DNA of 64,000 nt, from NCBI GenBank assembly GCA_964560675.1, contig CAZLMA010000005.1, positions 7,473 to 71,472 of the forward strand, read 5' to 3'. Source of the stretch: an uncultured Subdoligranulum sp. GTDB lineage: Bacteria > Bacillota > Clostridia > Oscillospirales > Ruminococcaceae. The notes under the pieces are model-generated. The model ran no database searches and was not told the origin of the DNA. It was given only the letters and a program-made list of their open reading frames with translations. The translations under genes were made by a program, and so were the position numbers. This document shows, one piece after another, positions 10,329 to 20,347 of this stretch (the first letter of the stretch is position 1; every line of letters starts with the position of its first letter).

Positions 10329-11492
10329 ATGTACGTAATCAAAACACTGAATGCGATCGCGGCGGCGGGGCTTGCCAAGCTGCCCTCAAACCAGTTCGAG
10401 ATCGACAACAACACCGAGGAACCAAACGGAATCCTTGTGAGAAGCGCGGACATGCACAACATGCCGCTTGCCCCCAGTCTGCTTGCCATCGCGCGCGCCG
10501 GCGCCGGTACCAACAATATCCCAATCGAGCGCTGCACCGAAAAAGGCATCGTCGTCTTCAACACGCCGGGCGCCAACGCCAACGGCGTCGCGGAGCTGAC
10601 GGTCGGCGCGCTGATTGCCGGCAGCCGCCACATGGCGGAAGGCATGGCCTGGGTGCAGACCTTACAGGGCAGCAAGACACTGGAACAGGACGTCGAGAAA
10701 GGAAAAAAGCAGTTTGTGGGGCCGGAGTTGCGCGGTAAAACGCTGGGTGTGATCGGCTTGGGCGCGATCGGGGCCCGCGTCGCGAACGCCGCTGTCGCAC
10801 TGGGCATGGAGGTACTCGGCTATGACCCCTACATCAGCGTAGATGCGGCCTGGAGCCTCTCGCGCAGTGTACAGCACTGTGTCACCATGGGAGAAATGCT
10901 GCCCCGCTGCGATTATTTGACCATTCATGTGCCCTACCTGCCGGCAACCCGCCACACCATCTGCGAGCGAACCCTCTCCGTCTGCAAAGATGGCGTGCGC
11001 GTTTTAAATTTTGCAAGGGGGGAACTGGTGGATAACGCCGCGATGCTGGAAGCATTGCGCAGCGGCAAGGTAGCGGAATATTTTTGCGATTTCCCCGCCG
11101 CGGAACTTCTGGGCGTGCGCGGTGTATACTGCACCCCGCATTTGGGCGCTTCCACGCCGGAGAGCGAGTCAAACTGCGCCGTGAGCGCCGCCGTTGCGCT
11201 GCGCGATTATTTACAAAACGGCAACATCACCCACAGCGTCAATCTGCCGGATGTCAACCAGCCGCGCATGGGCGGCATGCGGATCTGCGTGCTGCACCGA
11301 AACGAACCGGGCGTGATCTCCGCGATATCGGGTATCCTCAACGAGGCACATCTTAATATTGAAAATATGGTCAACAAGAGCCGGAAGGAAATCGCATACA
11401 CCCTGCTGGACGTGACCGGGCGTTTCGACCGCGACGATGTAAAGCAAAAACTGTGCGCACTGCCCGCCAGCGTGCGGGTACGCATTCTGTAA
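10329..11492 (+). CDS. serA: D-3-phosphoglycerate dehydrogenase with C-terminal ACT domain
   Basis: ARAGAGTNNIP, GVIGLGAIG, TPHLGAST, ACT domain HRNEPGVIS; follows serC. Confidence 0.93.
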   Translation: MYVIKTLNAIAAAGLAKLPSNQFEIDNNTEEPNGILVRSADMHNMPLAPSLLAIARAGAGTNNIPIERCTEKGIVVFNTPGANANGVAELTVGALIAGSRHMAEGMAWVQTLQGSKTLEQDVEKGKKQFVGPELRGKTLGVIGLGAIGARVANAAVALGMEVLGYDPYISVDAAWSLSRSVQHCVTMGEMLPRCDYLTIHVPYLPATRHTICERTLSVCKDGVRVLNFARGELVDNAAMLEALRSGKVAEYFCDFPAAELLGVRGVYCTPHLGASTPESESNCAVSAAVALRDYLQNGNITHSVNLPDVNQPRMGGMRICVLHRNEPGVISAISGILNEAHLNIENMVNKSRKEIAYTLLDVTGRFDRDDVKQKLCALPASVRVRIL

Positions 11493-11647
11493 ACGCTGGA
11501 TTGTTTTGGTAACTATTAAGATCTCCATCTGGAATGCTGCAGTTTTGCCAATGGGAACGAGTCAGCCATCCAATTTTGAGTCAGTTTTTAACCAGACGCG
11601 ACCAGAAAATGCTTTGCCAGTAGCGAAAAGAGAGAGAAGAGCCAGCC

Positions 11648-12484
11648 ATGTTGAAAGCGCCCAAAACCGTTTTGTGCATCCATAGCCTGCCCTGTTTTGG
11701 TCACAGCGGGCTTTCTGTCGTTCTGCCGGTTCTCTCCGCCATGGGTGCCCAGACGGTTGCGCTGCCTACGGTGGTTCTCTCTACCCACACCGGCGGAATG
11801 GGCGAACCGGCACGCATGGAAGATGCAGCGTACGGTGTTGGTGCCATAGCGCATTATGCGAGTCTCGGTTTGTCGTTTGACGCGATCTATTCCGGCTTTT
11901 TGCCAAGCACTGCGCAAGCGCAACTCGTCGAGCAGGCATATGCACTCTGGCCGTCCGCCTATAAAATCGTGGATCCCGTGATGGGTGATCATGGCAGAAT
12001 GTACCAAGGCCTTTCTCTCGACCTGGTCAATACCTTCCGGAAACTATGCGGCAGAGCGGATCTTCTGCTGCCCAATGCAACAGAGGCTGCGCTATTGTTG
12101 AACCAAGCGATGCCACAGGGCAGTACGGTCGCAAAAGAGCAGGCTGCCGCCTGGGCGCAGGCCCTGTGCGGCCTGTGCAGAAATGTGCTGATCACCGGCG
12201 TTGCAGAAGGTGGCAGAATCTTTTGCATGGGCGCCGTGCGCGGCGCGGAACCCTACCGGATTGAGGCTAGGCGCGACCCGCGCCTTTTCCCCGGCACTGG
12301 GGACATCTTCGGCGCGGTGCTGACGGGAAGCCTTTTGCAAGGCAAGACCATAGAGGAAGGTGCCCATGACGCAGCAGACTTCGTGATCACTTGCCTGCGC
12401 GCGACACCCGCCGATGCCGATACACGCTACGGTGTGTATTTGGAATCTGTGCTTGCCTGCTTAACAAAGCGTTCATCCGCCTAA
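11648..12484 (+). CDS. pdxK: Pyridoxal/pyridoxamine kinase family protein
   Basis: LPTVVLSTHTGG, DAIYSGFL, VDPVMGDHG, PGTGDIFGAVL. Confidence 0.8.
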   Translation: MLKAPKTVLCIHSLPCFGHSGLSVVLPVLSAMGAQTVALPTVVLSTHTGGMGEPARMEDAAYGVGAIAHYASLGLSFDAIYSGFLPSTAQAQLVEQAYALWPSAYKIVDPVMGDHGRMYQGLSLDLVNTFRKLCGRADLLLPNATEAALLLNQAMPQGSTVAKEQAAAWAQALCGLCRNVLITGVAEGGRIFCMGAVRGAEPYRIEARRDPRLFPGTGDIFGAVLTGSLLQGKTIEEGAHDAADFVITCLRATPADADTRYGVYLESVLACLTKRSSA

Positions 12485-12537
12485 GCGCCGTCCGAGCCCA
12501 GGCCAAAACGTTCATAAGAAACAGGGGGGTGTGCAAC

Positions 12538-13440
12538 ATGACGAAAATCGGCTTTTTAACAGATTCCAGCTCTGACATACCGCAGGATTTGGCAAAACGA
12601 TACGGCATTGAGATCGTGGGGTTTCCGATCAGTTTAGACGGAAAGCAGTATGTGGAGCGAGAAAATCTGACAAACGACGACTTTTACGACCTGATGCGCG
12701 CGTCCAACGAATATCCGAAGACATCCGCCATCACGTCACTGCAGTGGTGCGATGTATACTGCCGCTACGTGGACGAGGGGTATACGGATCTAATCCATGT
12801 TTGTATTAACGGCAATGGTTCCAGCACATACCAAAATGCGCTGCGCGCCGTGGAGCTGCTCTCCATCCAGCGCCCCGGCCACATGCTCCGGCTTCGCATC
12901 GTCGACAGCCACAGTTACACCATGGCTTTCGGCTGGCCCCTTTGCGTGTGCGCACACCGCATTCGTGCGGGCGACGACATCCTGGAATCGGTATTGGAGA
13001 TGGAGCGCGCGCTCGCGAAGGTGGAAATCTGTCTGTCCGCTTACAGCCTTAAGCAGATGAAGAAGTCCGGGCGCATCCCGGCGGCAGCGTCGGTCGCAGG
13101 GGATCTGTTGGGTGTTCGGCCCATCATCAGTTTAATCGACGGCGTCTCTAGAGTGGAAGCCAAAGTGCGCGGTGATGCCAACGTGGTCCCCGCTATGGTC
13201 AAATGGGTGAAGAGCCACGCACCCAATCCGCGGAACCTACCCTATCTGATTCTCTACACCTCCAGCACCCAAAGGCGGGACGAACTGATCAGGGCGTGCA
13301 GAAGAGAATTCGGTCACGCACCCTCATTTGTGGGGCAGCTGGGCTGCGCAGTCAGCGCGAACAGCGGTCCCGACTGCATCGCGATCGTTTTTGAGGGTCG
13401 TTCCCGCCGCCTGTGCGACTATACGCCCAGTCTGCCATAA
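12538..13440 (+). CDS. DegV family fatty-acid-binding protein
   Basis: KIGFLTDSSSDIP, PKTSAI, SSTYQNA, LKKSGRI-like and LGVRPII motifs. Confidence 0.9.
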   Translation: MTKIGFLTDSSSDIPQDLAKRYGIEIVGFPISLDGKQYVERENLTNDDFYDLMRASNEYPKTSAITSLQWCDVYCRYVDEGYTDLIHVCINGNGSSTYQNALRAVELLSIQRPGHMLRLRIVDSHSYTMAFGWPLCVCAHRIRAGDDILESVLEMERALAKVEICLSAYSLKQMKKSGRIPAAASVAGDLLGVRPIISLIDGVSRVEAKVRGDANVVPAMVKWVKSHAPNPRNLPYLILYTSSTQRRDELIRACRREFGHAPSFVGQLGCAVSANSGPDCIAIVFEGRSRRLCDYTPSLP

Positions 13441-13624
13441 AGCGCGGGCCTGTATTTGGTTCTTTATACAGCGCTGCGGCCTGCCGGGATACCCGGCAGG
13501 CCGCAGCGCATAGAGGGGTGGGAAAGAATAAAAAGTGGATGGATTTATGACAATTATGGTCACCAACCGTTGCTTTCAACAGTAGGTATTATAGCTCCTT
13601 TTTTGCCGCTGTCAAATCCCGGTC

Positions 13625-13653
13625 TTGTTTTTCGCTTGCTTTTTGTTTATAAT
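13625..13653 (+). promoter_or_regulatory. Probable sigma-A promoter upstream of the Lrp gene
   Basis: TTGTTT-17 nt-TATAAT. Confidence 0.5.
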
Positions 13654-13787
13654 ACGGATGTGGAAACTTACAATGTTTTCAAGAAGAGAAGTTGGGAGCC
13701 CTTTCATTTAACAGGTAATCATATCTATTTATTTTTTACTTTATTTTCTTTTTTTATTTGAAAAGCCGAAATCACGGAGGTTCCCGA

Positions 13788-14225
13788 ATGGATGACCTTG
13801 ACGAGAAGATCCTGTCGCTGCTCCAAAAAAACGCGAGAATGCCTGTTAAAGAGATCGCAAGGCAGGTCGATCTTTCCAGTCCGGCCGTTTCCTGTCGCAT
13901 GCATCGGCTAGAGAAAGAGGGCGTGATTGACGGTTACACGGTTCTAGTACACAACCCAAAGGATGCCCAGCAGGTCAGGGCGATCGTATCTGTCATGGTC
14001 AACGCTTCCGGCAGAGAGCCGTTTTTAAAGTTGATAGAAGAGGAAAATCAGGTTAGGCAGTGCTGGCGTGTCACCGGGGGTTGCAACTATATGATCAAGG
14101 TACAGTGCCCTTCCATTGATGCGCTGGAGCATCTGTTAACGCGGATACAGCGGCTTGGCAGCACCACGACACAGATCATTTTGCATACTCAGCTCAACCG
14201 ATCCCGTATTTCCGATGAATGGTAG
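13788..14225 (+). CDS. Lrp/AsnC family transcriptional regulator
   Basis: MDDLDEKILSLLQKNARMPVKEIARQVDLSSPAV...GVIDGY; RBS GGAGG. Confidence 0.93.
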   Translation: MDDLDEKILSLLQKNARMPVKEIARQVDLSSPAVSCRMHRLEKEGVIDGYTVLVHNPKDAQQVRAIVSVMVNASGREPFLKLIEEENQVRQCWRVTGGCNYMIKVQCPSIDALEHLLTRIQRLGSTTTQIILHTQLNRSRISDEW

Positions 14226-14325
14226 CCAGTTTATCCCTATCGCACTTGACAGAGTGCCTACACACTCCTGGTTCATCCTGTCTCTTTGCCAGCAAATCCG
14301 ATTGATTTTGAAAGGTAAAAATCAC

Positions 14326-14718
14326 ATGCTTTATTGTTCTCACTGCGGTAACCCGCTTCCCGAAGGGGCCACCACCTGCCCGCGCTGCGGTGCGCCTGTG
14401 ACCGATGCAAATCAGGACTCCGGCTATAACAATACCGCTGCGCAGCCGCACTACCAGGGCGCAACACAGCCCGACGCCGATACGCTCAGCACTGGCGGGT
14501 ATCTTTTGTACCTTTGCCTGTTCAGCATCCCGCTTGTCGGTTTTATCCTCGCGCTGATATTTGCGTTTTTGTATGATGGCAACCAGGCGCGCAAGCGTCT
14601 GGCGCGCGCTATGCTGTTGTACTTGCTGATCCTCGCTGTTCTTGTACTTATCATCTTCTTCATCACGAGAGCCGTGTTTATCCGACCGATGGCGCAGATG
14701 TTTTGGCTGTGGCACTGA
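14326..14718 (+). CDS. Zinc-ribbon membrane protein
   Basis: CSHCGNPL...CPRCG N-terminus, Q/P-rich linker, two hydrophobic segments. Confidence 0.8.
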   Translation: MLYCSHCGNPLPEGATTCPRCGAPVTDANQDSGYNNTAAQPHYQGATQPDADTLSTGGYLLYLCLFSIPLVGFILALIFAFLYDGNQARKRLARAMLLYLLILAVLVLIIFFITRAVFIRPMAQMFWLWH

Positions 14719-14740
14719 GGGTGACGGCAGCGGAGGATCC

Positions 14741-15730
14741 ATGAAGGCGAGTGTTATCATCCCCAACTGGAACGGCGCGGCGTGGCTGCGCGCGTCAATA
14801 GAGTCCATCTGGGCACAGACGCTGCAGGATTTTGAGCTGATTGTCATCGATAACGGATCCACGGACGAGAGCCTGGCGATTGCCGAGAGTTATTGCGGTC
14901 ACGCTGGGTATACCCTGATCCGCAACGAACAAAACACAGGCTTTTCCCACGCTGCAAACCAGGGAATCGCGGTTGCACGTGGGGAGTACATCGCGCTTTT
15001 TAATAACGACGCCTTTGCAGAGCCGCAGTGGCTGGAGGAATTGGTACGCGCCGCCGAGGTAGATCGACGCGTCTTTGCTGTCTCCAGTCTGATGCTGCAA
15101 GACCGGCAGCCGGAGCTAACCGACGACGCTGGCGATTACGTCACGCTATTGGGATTTGCCTGTAAACGCGGTGAGGGGCTGTTGGCCGCGCGCTACCAAA
15201 AGCCCTGCCGTGTCTTTTCCGCCTGCGGCGGTGCAGCGCTGTACCGAAAAAGCATTCTCGATGAGATTGGCACTTTCGATGAGCTGTTCTTCGCCTATTA
15301 TGAGGACGTCGACCTGTGCTGGCGCGCCAACAACCGCGGTTACCGCACGGTTTTTTGCCCCACGGCGCGCTGCCGGCATATCTGCGGCGCCAGTACCGGC
15401 GCAGAGCGCTACAATCGTTTTAAGAGCGTCCAGAGCGGCCGCAACAGTATCCTTCTGCCCTATAAAAACCAGCCAATGGGGATGCTGCTTTTCAATTTGC
15501 TGCCGATGGCTGCGGGGTATTTGCTCAAAGCCCTGGTGTTTTATCTGCGCGGATTCGGTTCCGCGTATGCGAAAGGCTTTGCCGAGGCAAGAACTGTGTT
15601 GGTAAAAATCGAAAAACCGCCGTTTCGGATGCGTTACCTGCCCAACTATCTTTGGGCAGAGGGCAGTTTGGTCGCAGGCCTTATGCGGTATATCGTTTAC
15701 AGACTGCAGCGGCTGCTTAAAATTACCTGA
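14741..15730 (+). CDS. Glycosyltransferase family 2
   Basis: VIIPNWNG, IDNGSTDES, NTGFSHAANQG, LFNND, YYEDVDLCWR. Confidence 0.92.
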   Translation: MKASVIIPNWNGAAWLRASIESIWAQTLQDFELIVIDNGSTDESLAIAESYCGHAGYTLIRNEQNTGFSHAANQGIAVARGEYIALFNNDAFAEPQWLEELVRAAEVDRRVFAVSSLMLQDRQPELTDDAGDYVTLLGFACKRGEGLLAARYQKPCRVFSACGGAALYRKSILDEIGTFDELFFAYYEDVDLCWRANNRGYRTVFCPTARCRHICGASTGAERYNRFKSVQSGRNSILLPYKNQPMGMLLFNLLPMAAGYLLKALVFYLRGFGSAYAKGFAEARTVLVKIEKPPFRMRYLPNYLWAEGSLVAGLMRYIVYRLQRLLKIT

Positions 15731-15767
15731 ACAAAGGTAATACACTGTGCGCAACTGACAAATACAA

Positions 15768-15800
15768 ACGCCCTTCCCCTGTTAAAATCGGGAAGGGCGT
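15768..15800 (-). terminator. Terminator hairpin between convergent GT2 and sugar kinase genes
   Basis: 11-bp stem ACGCCCTTCCC/GGGAAGGGCGT, T-rich tail on the minus strand. Confidence 0.6.
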
Positions 15801-15834
15801 GATTGCTGTACAATTTTTGTATGCGTTCGGTGAC

Positions 15835-16923
15835 TCAGCGCTTGATGTCGTAGTTCATATTCATCAGGTTGCGGATGGTGTCGACATCGTCGGTAATATT
15901 TGCGTCTCCGTGAATGGTGTGTTTGATCACACTGCTCGCCACGGCGAAGTTGATCATATCCATCGCCCGATATTTGTGCATCATGGCATAGATGAGGCCG
16001 CTCGCGAATGCGTCGCCGCCGCCGACCCTGTCCAGAATGTTAAATGTAAAGAGCTTGCTCTCAAAGGTGTGCCCCTCGTACCACATGAAGGCCTTCAGGC
16101 TGTTTTCGGAGCCGGAATGGGCGTAGCGCACATGGCGGGCAATGCAGCGGATATTGGGATACCGGTCGATGAAAGCCTGGAAGATCTCATCCTGTTGCTC
16201 ATAGCTGGGCTGCAGGGGCACACCATCTTTGTAATCGCCTTTGCTGGGATCGTCTTCGTCGCGCCAGAGATGATAGGGCTCAATGCCAAACAGTACATTG
16301 ACATACGGCAGGCACTGTGTACAGTAATCGCGCGCGGCCTCCCAGCTCCAAAGCGCACTGCGGAAGTTGCCGTCAAAGCTGACCGTCAGGCCCTTTTGCT
16401 GGGCGGTGCGCAGGCAGCGCAGAATAAAATCGGCGCAACCGCTGCCCAGTGCCGGTGTAATGCCGGAGAGATGCAGCCAATCAAAACCGTCAAGCAGCTC
16501 TTCAACATCTACGGTGCTGTAATCAAACTCGGTAAAAGCACTGTGCTTGCGGTCATAGGTGACTTTGCTGGCGCGGATGCCGTAACCGGTCTCAAGGTAG
16601 TACGTGCCGAGGCGGTGCGTGGGCGTCTGCGCATGGGACGAGAGAATCATCGGTGTACAGTGCACATCGTTGGATCGCAGCCAGCGAACCGCGCTTTTTC
16701 CGAGGGAATTGTTCGGCACGACGCTGAAAAAAGTGCTGTCAACACCCAGATTCGCGAGCGCTAAGGCGATATTCGCCTCACTGCCGCCATAGCTGGCCTC
16801 AAAACTGGAGGCCATGCGGATCTTTTCGTAATTGGGCGGCGTTAAGCGCAGCATTACCTCACCGATCGTAATAAAACGCATACCCGTGGTCGGATCGGTG
16901 GCGATAGGGTTGTGGTGTTCCAT
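15835..16923 (-). CDS. PfkB family sugar kinase (2-keto-3-deoxygluconate kinase-like)
   Basis: IGEVMLRLTPP, YGGSEANIA, LHLSGITPAL, DRVGGGDAF. Confidence 0.88.
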   Translation of the reverse strand: MEHHNPIATDPTTGMRFITIGEVMLRLTPPNYEKIRMASSFEASYGGSEANIALALANLGVDSTFFSVVPNNSLGKSAVRWLRSNDVHCTPMILSSHAQTPTHRLGTYYLETGYGIRASKVTYDRKHSAFTEFDYSTVDVEELLDGFDWLHLSGITPALGSGCADFILRCLRTAQQKGLTVSFDGNFRSALWSWEAARDYCTQCLPYVNVLFGIEPYHLWRDEDDPSKGDYKDGVPLQPSYEQQDEIFQAFIDRYPNIRCIARHVRYAHSGSENSLKAFMWYEGHTFESKLFTFNILDRVGGGDAFASGLIYAMMHKYRAMDMINFAVASSVIKHTIHGDANITDDVDTIRNLMNMNYDIKR

Positions 16924-17097
16924 GGCGCATCTCCTCTCAATTTTTTTACAAGATTGAGTTTTAAGTACTCCTACTGTCTCACACTGGTTTGACCGTTATG
17001 CTTCTTAATTTTGCGCGAGCACAGCGCCTTTGTGCAAGGAGACTGACTCAGCTGCTCTTCCGGGAAAGAAGATTTCGGGCTAGATTTCATGAGTATG

Positions 17098-17126
17098 ATT
17101 GTAGCATAGGCAGCTTAAGTTTGCAA
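17098..17126 (-). promoter_or_regulatory. Sigma-A promoter of the PfkB kinase
   Basis: TTGCAA-17 nt-TACAAT with extended -10 TG on the minus strand. Confidence 0.6.
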
Positions 17127-17137
17127 CCGCCCGTTCC

Positions 17138-17166
17138 TTTACACGAGCCAATAAAATTTGTATAAT
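17138..17166 (+). promoter_or_regulatory. Sigma-A promoter of hflX
   Basis: TTTACA-17 nt-TATAAT. Confidence 0.7.
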
Positions 17167-17274
17167 AATTTTATGGGGAAGCTGCCTGCGCGCAAACGTT
17201 GCCGAAACGCCTCTTCAACACCCTTGATTTGACGCGGCGACACAATCACTATCACAGCAAGGACAAAAGGACAA

Positions 17275-18603
17275 ATGCAACAAGAAAACATCGAAATTTT
17301 CGGGGGCGTTGCGCAGCCGGATTCATCGCCGATGCTGCGCGGCGATGCACAGACACCCAGTGACGAAAATGGCTACATCAAGGTCGTTTTGCTCAGCTTG
17401 GATCTTCGCACCTTTGACATACAGCGCAGTTTAAAAGAACTCGCGGCGCTCGCAGAAACAAACGGCATGCGCGCGGTGGCTTCCGTTTGCCAAAAGCGCG
17501 GCGTACCGGATCCCGCGACAATGCTGGGATCCGGAAAGGTAGCGGAGGCCAGGCAAATTTGCGCACAAACCGGCGCGCAGGCTGCCATATACGACGGGGA
17601 GCTCTCTGGCAGCCAACTGCGCAATCTGAATGCTGCGCTAGGGGTAGAAGTTTTAGACCGCACGATGCTGATCCTGGAAATCTTTCGCAATCGCGCCGTC
17701 ACCGATGAGGGCAAGCTCCAGACGGAACTGGCGACTCTTCGCTATCGCTTGCCCCGCCTGCAGGGGATGGGAGAATCGCTGAGTCGCCAAGGCGGAGGCG
17801 GCGGCGGGGGCGGAGGCGCGCGCCGAGGCGCCGGAGAGAGCAAACTGGAACTGGATCGGCGCTATCTGCGCAATCGAGTGCGCCAGCTGGAAAAGCGTTT
17901 GGAAGAGCTAGAAAAGCGGCGCGGAGAAACACGGCGCTCCAGGCAAAAAAACGGTGTGCCGGTCATCGCGCTTGTCGGATATACCAATGTGGGCAAATCC
18001 AGCCTGCTTAATACGCTGTGCGGTGCCGAGATCTATGCGGCGGACCGGCTGTTTGCCACCTTAGATCCCACAGCGCGCAAACTAACCTTGCCGAGCGGAC
18101 TCAACGCCATACTGGTTGACACAGTCGGATTTGTTAGCCGATTGCCGCATCAGTTGGTCAAGGCTTTCCAGAGCACGCTGGAAGAGGCCGCTTACGCGGA
18201 TGTCATCGTAAAGGTAGCGGACGCAAGCGATCCCGACGCGGCGCACCAATTGACACTGACAGAAGAGGTGTTGCAGCAATTGGGGTGCGGCGCAACCGCG
18301 CAGATCACCGTATACAACAAGTGCGATATCGGCGCCTTTGCACCCTACGACCCAAAAACGCTGCTTGTGAGCGCCAAGACGGGGCATGGCCTACCGGCGC
18401 TGCTAGGGCAAATCGACGCGTGTTTGGCGAAGCGGATCTGCTACATGGAGCTGATGCTTCCCTACGATAAGCTCGCTGTTGCCGAAGTGTTGCGAAGCAG
18501 CGGAAAAGTGTATGCAGAGGAATACCGTGACCGCGGTGTATATTTGCGCGCCACCGTTCCTACCGAGATCCGCGAGCGCTTTTTGCCCTACCGTCTCGAA
18601 TGA
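17275..18603 (+). CDS. hflX: Ribosome-splitting GTPase HflX
   Basis: VLDRTMLILEIF, EGKLQTELA, VGYTNVGKSS, LFATLDPT, DTVGF, NKCD. Confidence 0.97.
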   Translation: MQQENIEIFGGVAQPDSSPMLRGDAQTPSDENGYIKVVLLSLDLRTFDIQRSLKELAALAETNGMRAVASVCQKRGVPDPATMLGSGKVAEARQICAQTGAQAAIYDGELSGSQLRNLNAALGVEVLDRTMLILEIFRNRAVTDEGKLQTELATLRYRLPRLQGMGESLSRQGGGGGGGGGARRGAGESKLELDRRYLRNRVRQLEKRLEELEKRRGETRRSRQKNGVPVIALVGYTNVGKSSLLNTLCGAEIYAADRLFATLDPTARKLTLPSGLNAILVDTVGFVSRLPHQLVKAFQSTLEEAAYADVIVKVADASDPDAAHQLTLTEEVLQQLGCGATAQITVYNKCDIGAFAPYDPKTLLVSAKTGHGLPALLGQIDACLAKRICYMELMLPYDKLAVAEVLRSSGKVYAEEYRDRGVYLRATVPTEIRERFLPYRLE

Positions 18604-18658
18604 AGTAGAACAGAATCTACTTCCATCAGCGCCACAGTGGGCAAAGGAGGATAGCAGG

Positions 18659-20347
18659 ATGGATTCGACAAGAAAATTGATGCTCCCAATCGGGTATGAC
18701 AGTTTTGAGGAAATACGTGGTTACGATTTTTACTACGTTGATAAAACTGGACTTATCAAGGAGCTGCTTGAAAGCAAGGCGAAAGTCACCTTGTTTACCC
18801 GCCCGCGGCGCTTTGGCAAGTCCTTAAACATGAGTATGCTCTCCCACTTCTTCTCGCTAGACGGGGATAAGTCCATTTTTGACGGACTTGAGATCTCAAA
18901 AGAAAAAGAGCTCTGCGAGAGATACATGGGCAAGTACCCGGTGATCTTTCTCACCTTGAAAGGGATCGATGGCTTAAATTATGAATCCGCTTATCAACAA
19001 GCCGCCTGGCTCATCCGAAGTGTTGCCCGTAAGTTGGAATATTTGCAAGACAGTGACAAATTGTCCGCAGCGGACAAGGCGGAATACCGAGCGCTGTTGA
19101 ATTTAAACATGGTAGAGGCAACACTTTGCAACAGCCTTCATACACTGTCGGATTTGCTGGAAAAGCACTTTGGCAAAAAAGTCGTATTGCTCATCGACGA
19201 GTATGACGTGCCGCTTGCGCGGGCCCACGCGAATGGGTATTACGACAAGATGGTCTCGCTGATGCGCAGCATGCTGGGCGCCGCGCTCAAAACCAATACG
19301 AGCCTGGAATTTGCGGTGCTGACAGGGTGCCTGCGTATCTCCAAGGAGAGCATTTTTACAGGGCTGAACAACCTGTCTGTCTATTCCGTCACAGACGAAT
19401 GGTTTGATGAATTTTTTGGCTTTACGGATCGTGAGGTGCAGGAGCTGCTCTCTTATTACGGGCTGACAGACTGTTACGAAGAGATCAGGCGGTGGTATGA
19501 CGGCTACCGGTTCGGCAGCAAAGAAGTCTTCTGCCCCTGGGACGTACTGAACCACTGCGTCCGTCTCAGAAAGAATCCGAAAACGCCACCGCAGAACTAC
19601 TGGATCAACACAAGCGGCAACGACGTGATCAAGCGTTTTGTCGCCATGGCGGACGACAGGACAAGAGAGGAAATCGAAACGCTGGTCGCGGGCGGCACCA
19701 TCGAGAAGGACATCCGCGAAGACCTGACCTACTCCGAGATTTACGATACCATCGACAACCTGTGGAGCCTGCTCTATACGACCGGCTACCTGACTTTGCA
19801 GGGCAGGACGGACGAGGGGCTGCTCAAACTGCGGATCCCCAACCTGGAAGTTCGGGACGTGTATGTCAAGCAGATCCGGGAATATTTTAAAGAGAGCGTC
19901 AAAAAAGACACGGAGACACTGGACGCCTTTTGCGCCGCGCTTTTAAAAGTTGACACAGAGGAAGCGAGGAAATGCCTCACCAAGTACCTACGCAGAACTA
20001 TCAGTGTCCGAGACACCATGGCGAGGGACGAGCAGAAGGAAAACTTCTACCAGGGCGTTCTGGTTGGGATCTTATCAGCTAAGGAGAACTGGAGTGTAAA
20101 ATCCAACCGTGAGAGCGGAGACGGCTACGCGGACATCTTGGTAAGGCCGGATGACGGGGACTTAGAAACAGGGATCGTAATCGAGATCAGATACGGCCGC
20201 GATCTGGACAAGGCCTGCAGAGATGCTCTAGATCAGATCGAAAAGAAAAGATACGCGGAAGAGCTCCAAGAGGAAGGGATCGACACCATTCTCAAGTACG
20301 GCATCGGATTTTACAAAAAGACGTGCCGGGTGATGTTGGGCGAGTGA
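18659..20347 (+). CDS. AAA-ATPase-like protein with C-terminal PD-(D/E)XK nuclease-like domain (PDDEXK_9 type)
   Basis: LPIGYDSF, YYVDKTGLI, RPRRFGKS, LLIDEYDVP, YWINTS, NRESGDGYADI; RBS AAAGGAGG. Confidence 0.9.
   Translation: MDSTRKLMLPIGYDSFEEIRGYDFYYVDKTGLIKELLESKAKVTLFTRPRRFGKSLNMSMLSHFFSLDGDKSIFDGLEISKEKELCERYMGKYPVIFLTLKGIDGLNYESAYQQAAWLIRSVARKLEYLQDSDKLSAADKAEYRALLNLNMVEATLCNSLHTLSDLLEKHFGKKVVLLIDEYDVPLARAHANGYYDKMVSLMRSMLGAALKTNTSLEFAVLTGCLRISKESIFTGLNNLSVYSVTDEWFDEFFGFTDREVQELLSYYGLTDCYEEIRRWYDGYRFGSKEVFCPWDVLNHCVRLRKNPKTPPQNYWINTSGNDVIKRFVAMADDRTREEIETLVAGGTIEKDIREDLTYSEIYDTIDNLWSLLYTTGYLTLQGRTDEGLLKLRIPNLEVRDVYVKQIREYFKESVKKDTETLDAFCAALLKVDTEEARKCLTKYLRRTISVRDTMARDEQKENFYQGVLVGILSAKENWSVKSNRESGDGYADILVRPDDGDLETGIVIEIRYGRDLDKACRDALDQIEKKRYAEELQEEGIDTILKYGIGFYKKTCRVMLGE

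Noticed and set aside
17150-17174. dif site (central TGTATA with AT-rich arms)
   Set aside because: Lacks the CATAA/TTATGT XerC/D arms and coincides with the hflX -10
17790-17820. Gly8 run in HflX as a contingency repeat
   Set aside because: Mixed GGC/GGA/GGG codons in the normally Gly-rich HflX loop; changes would stay in frame
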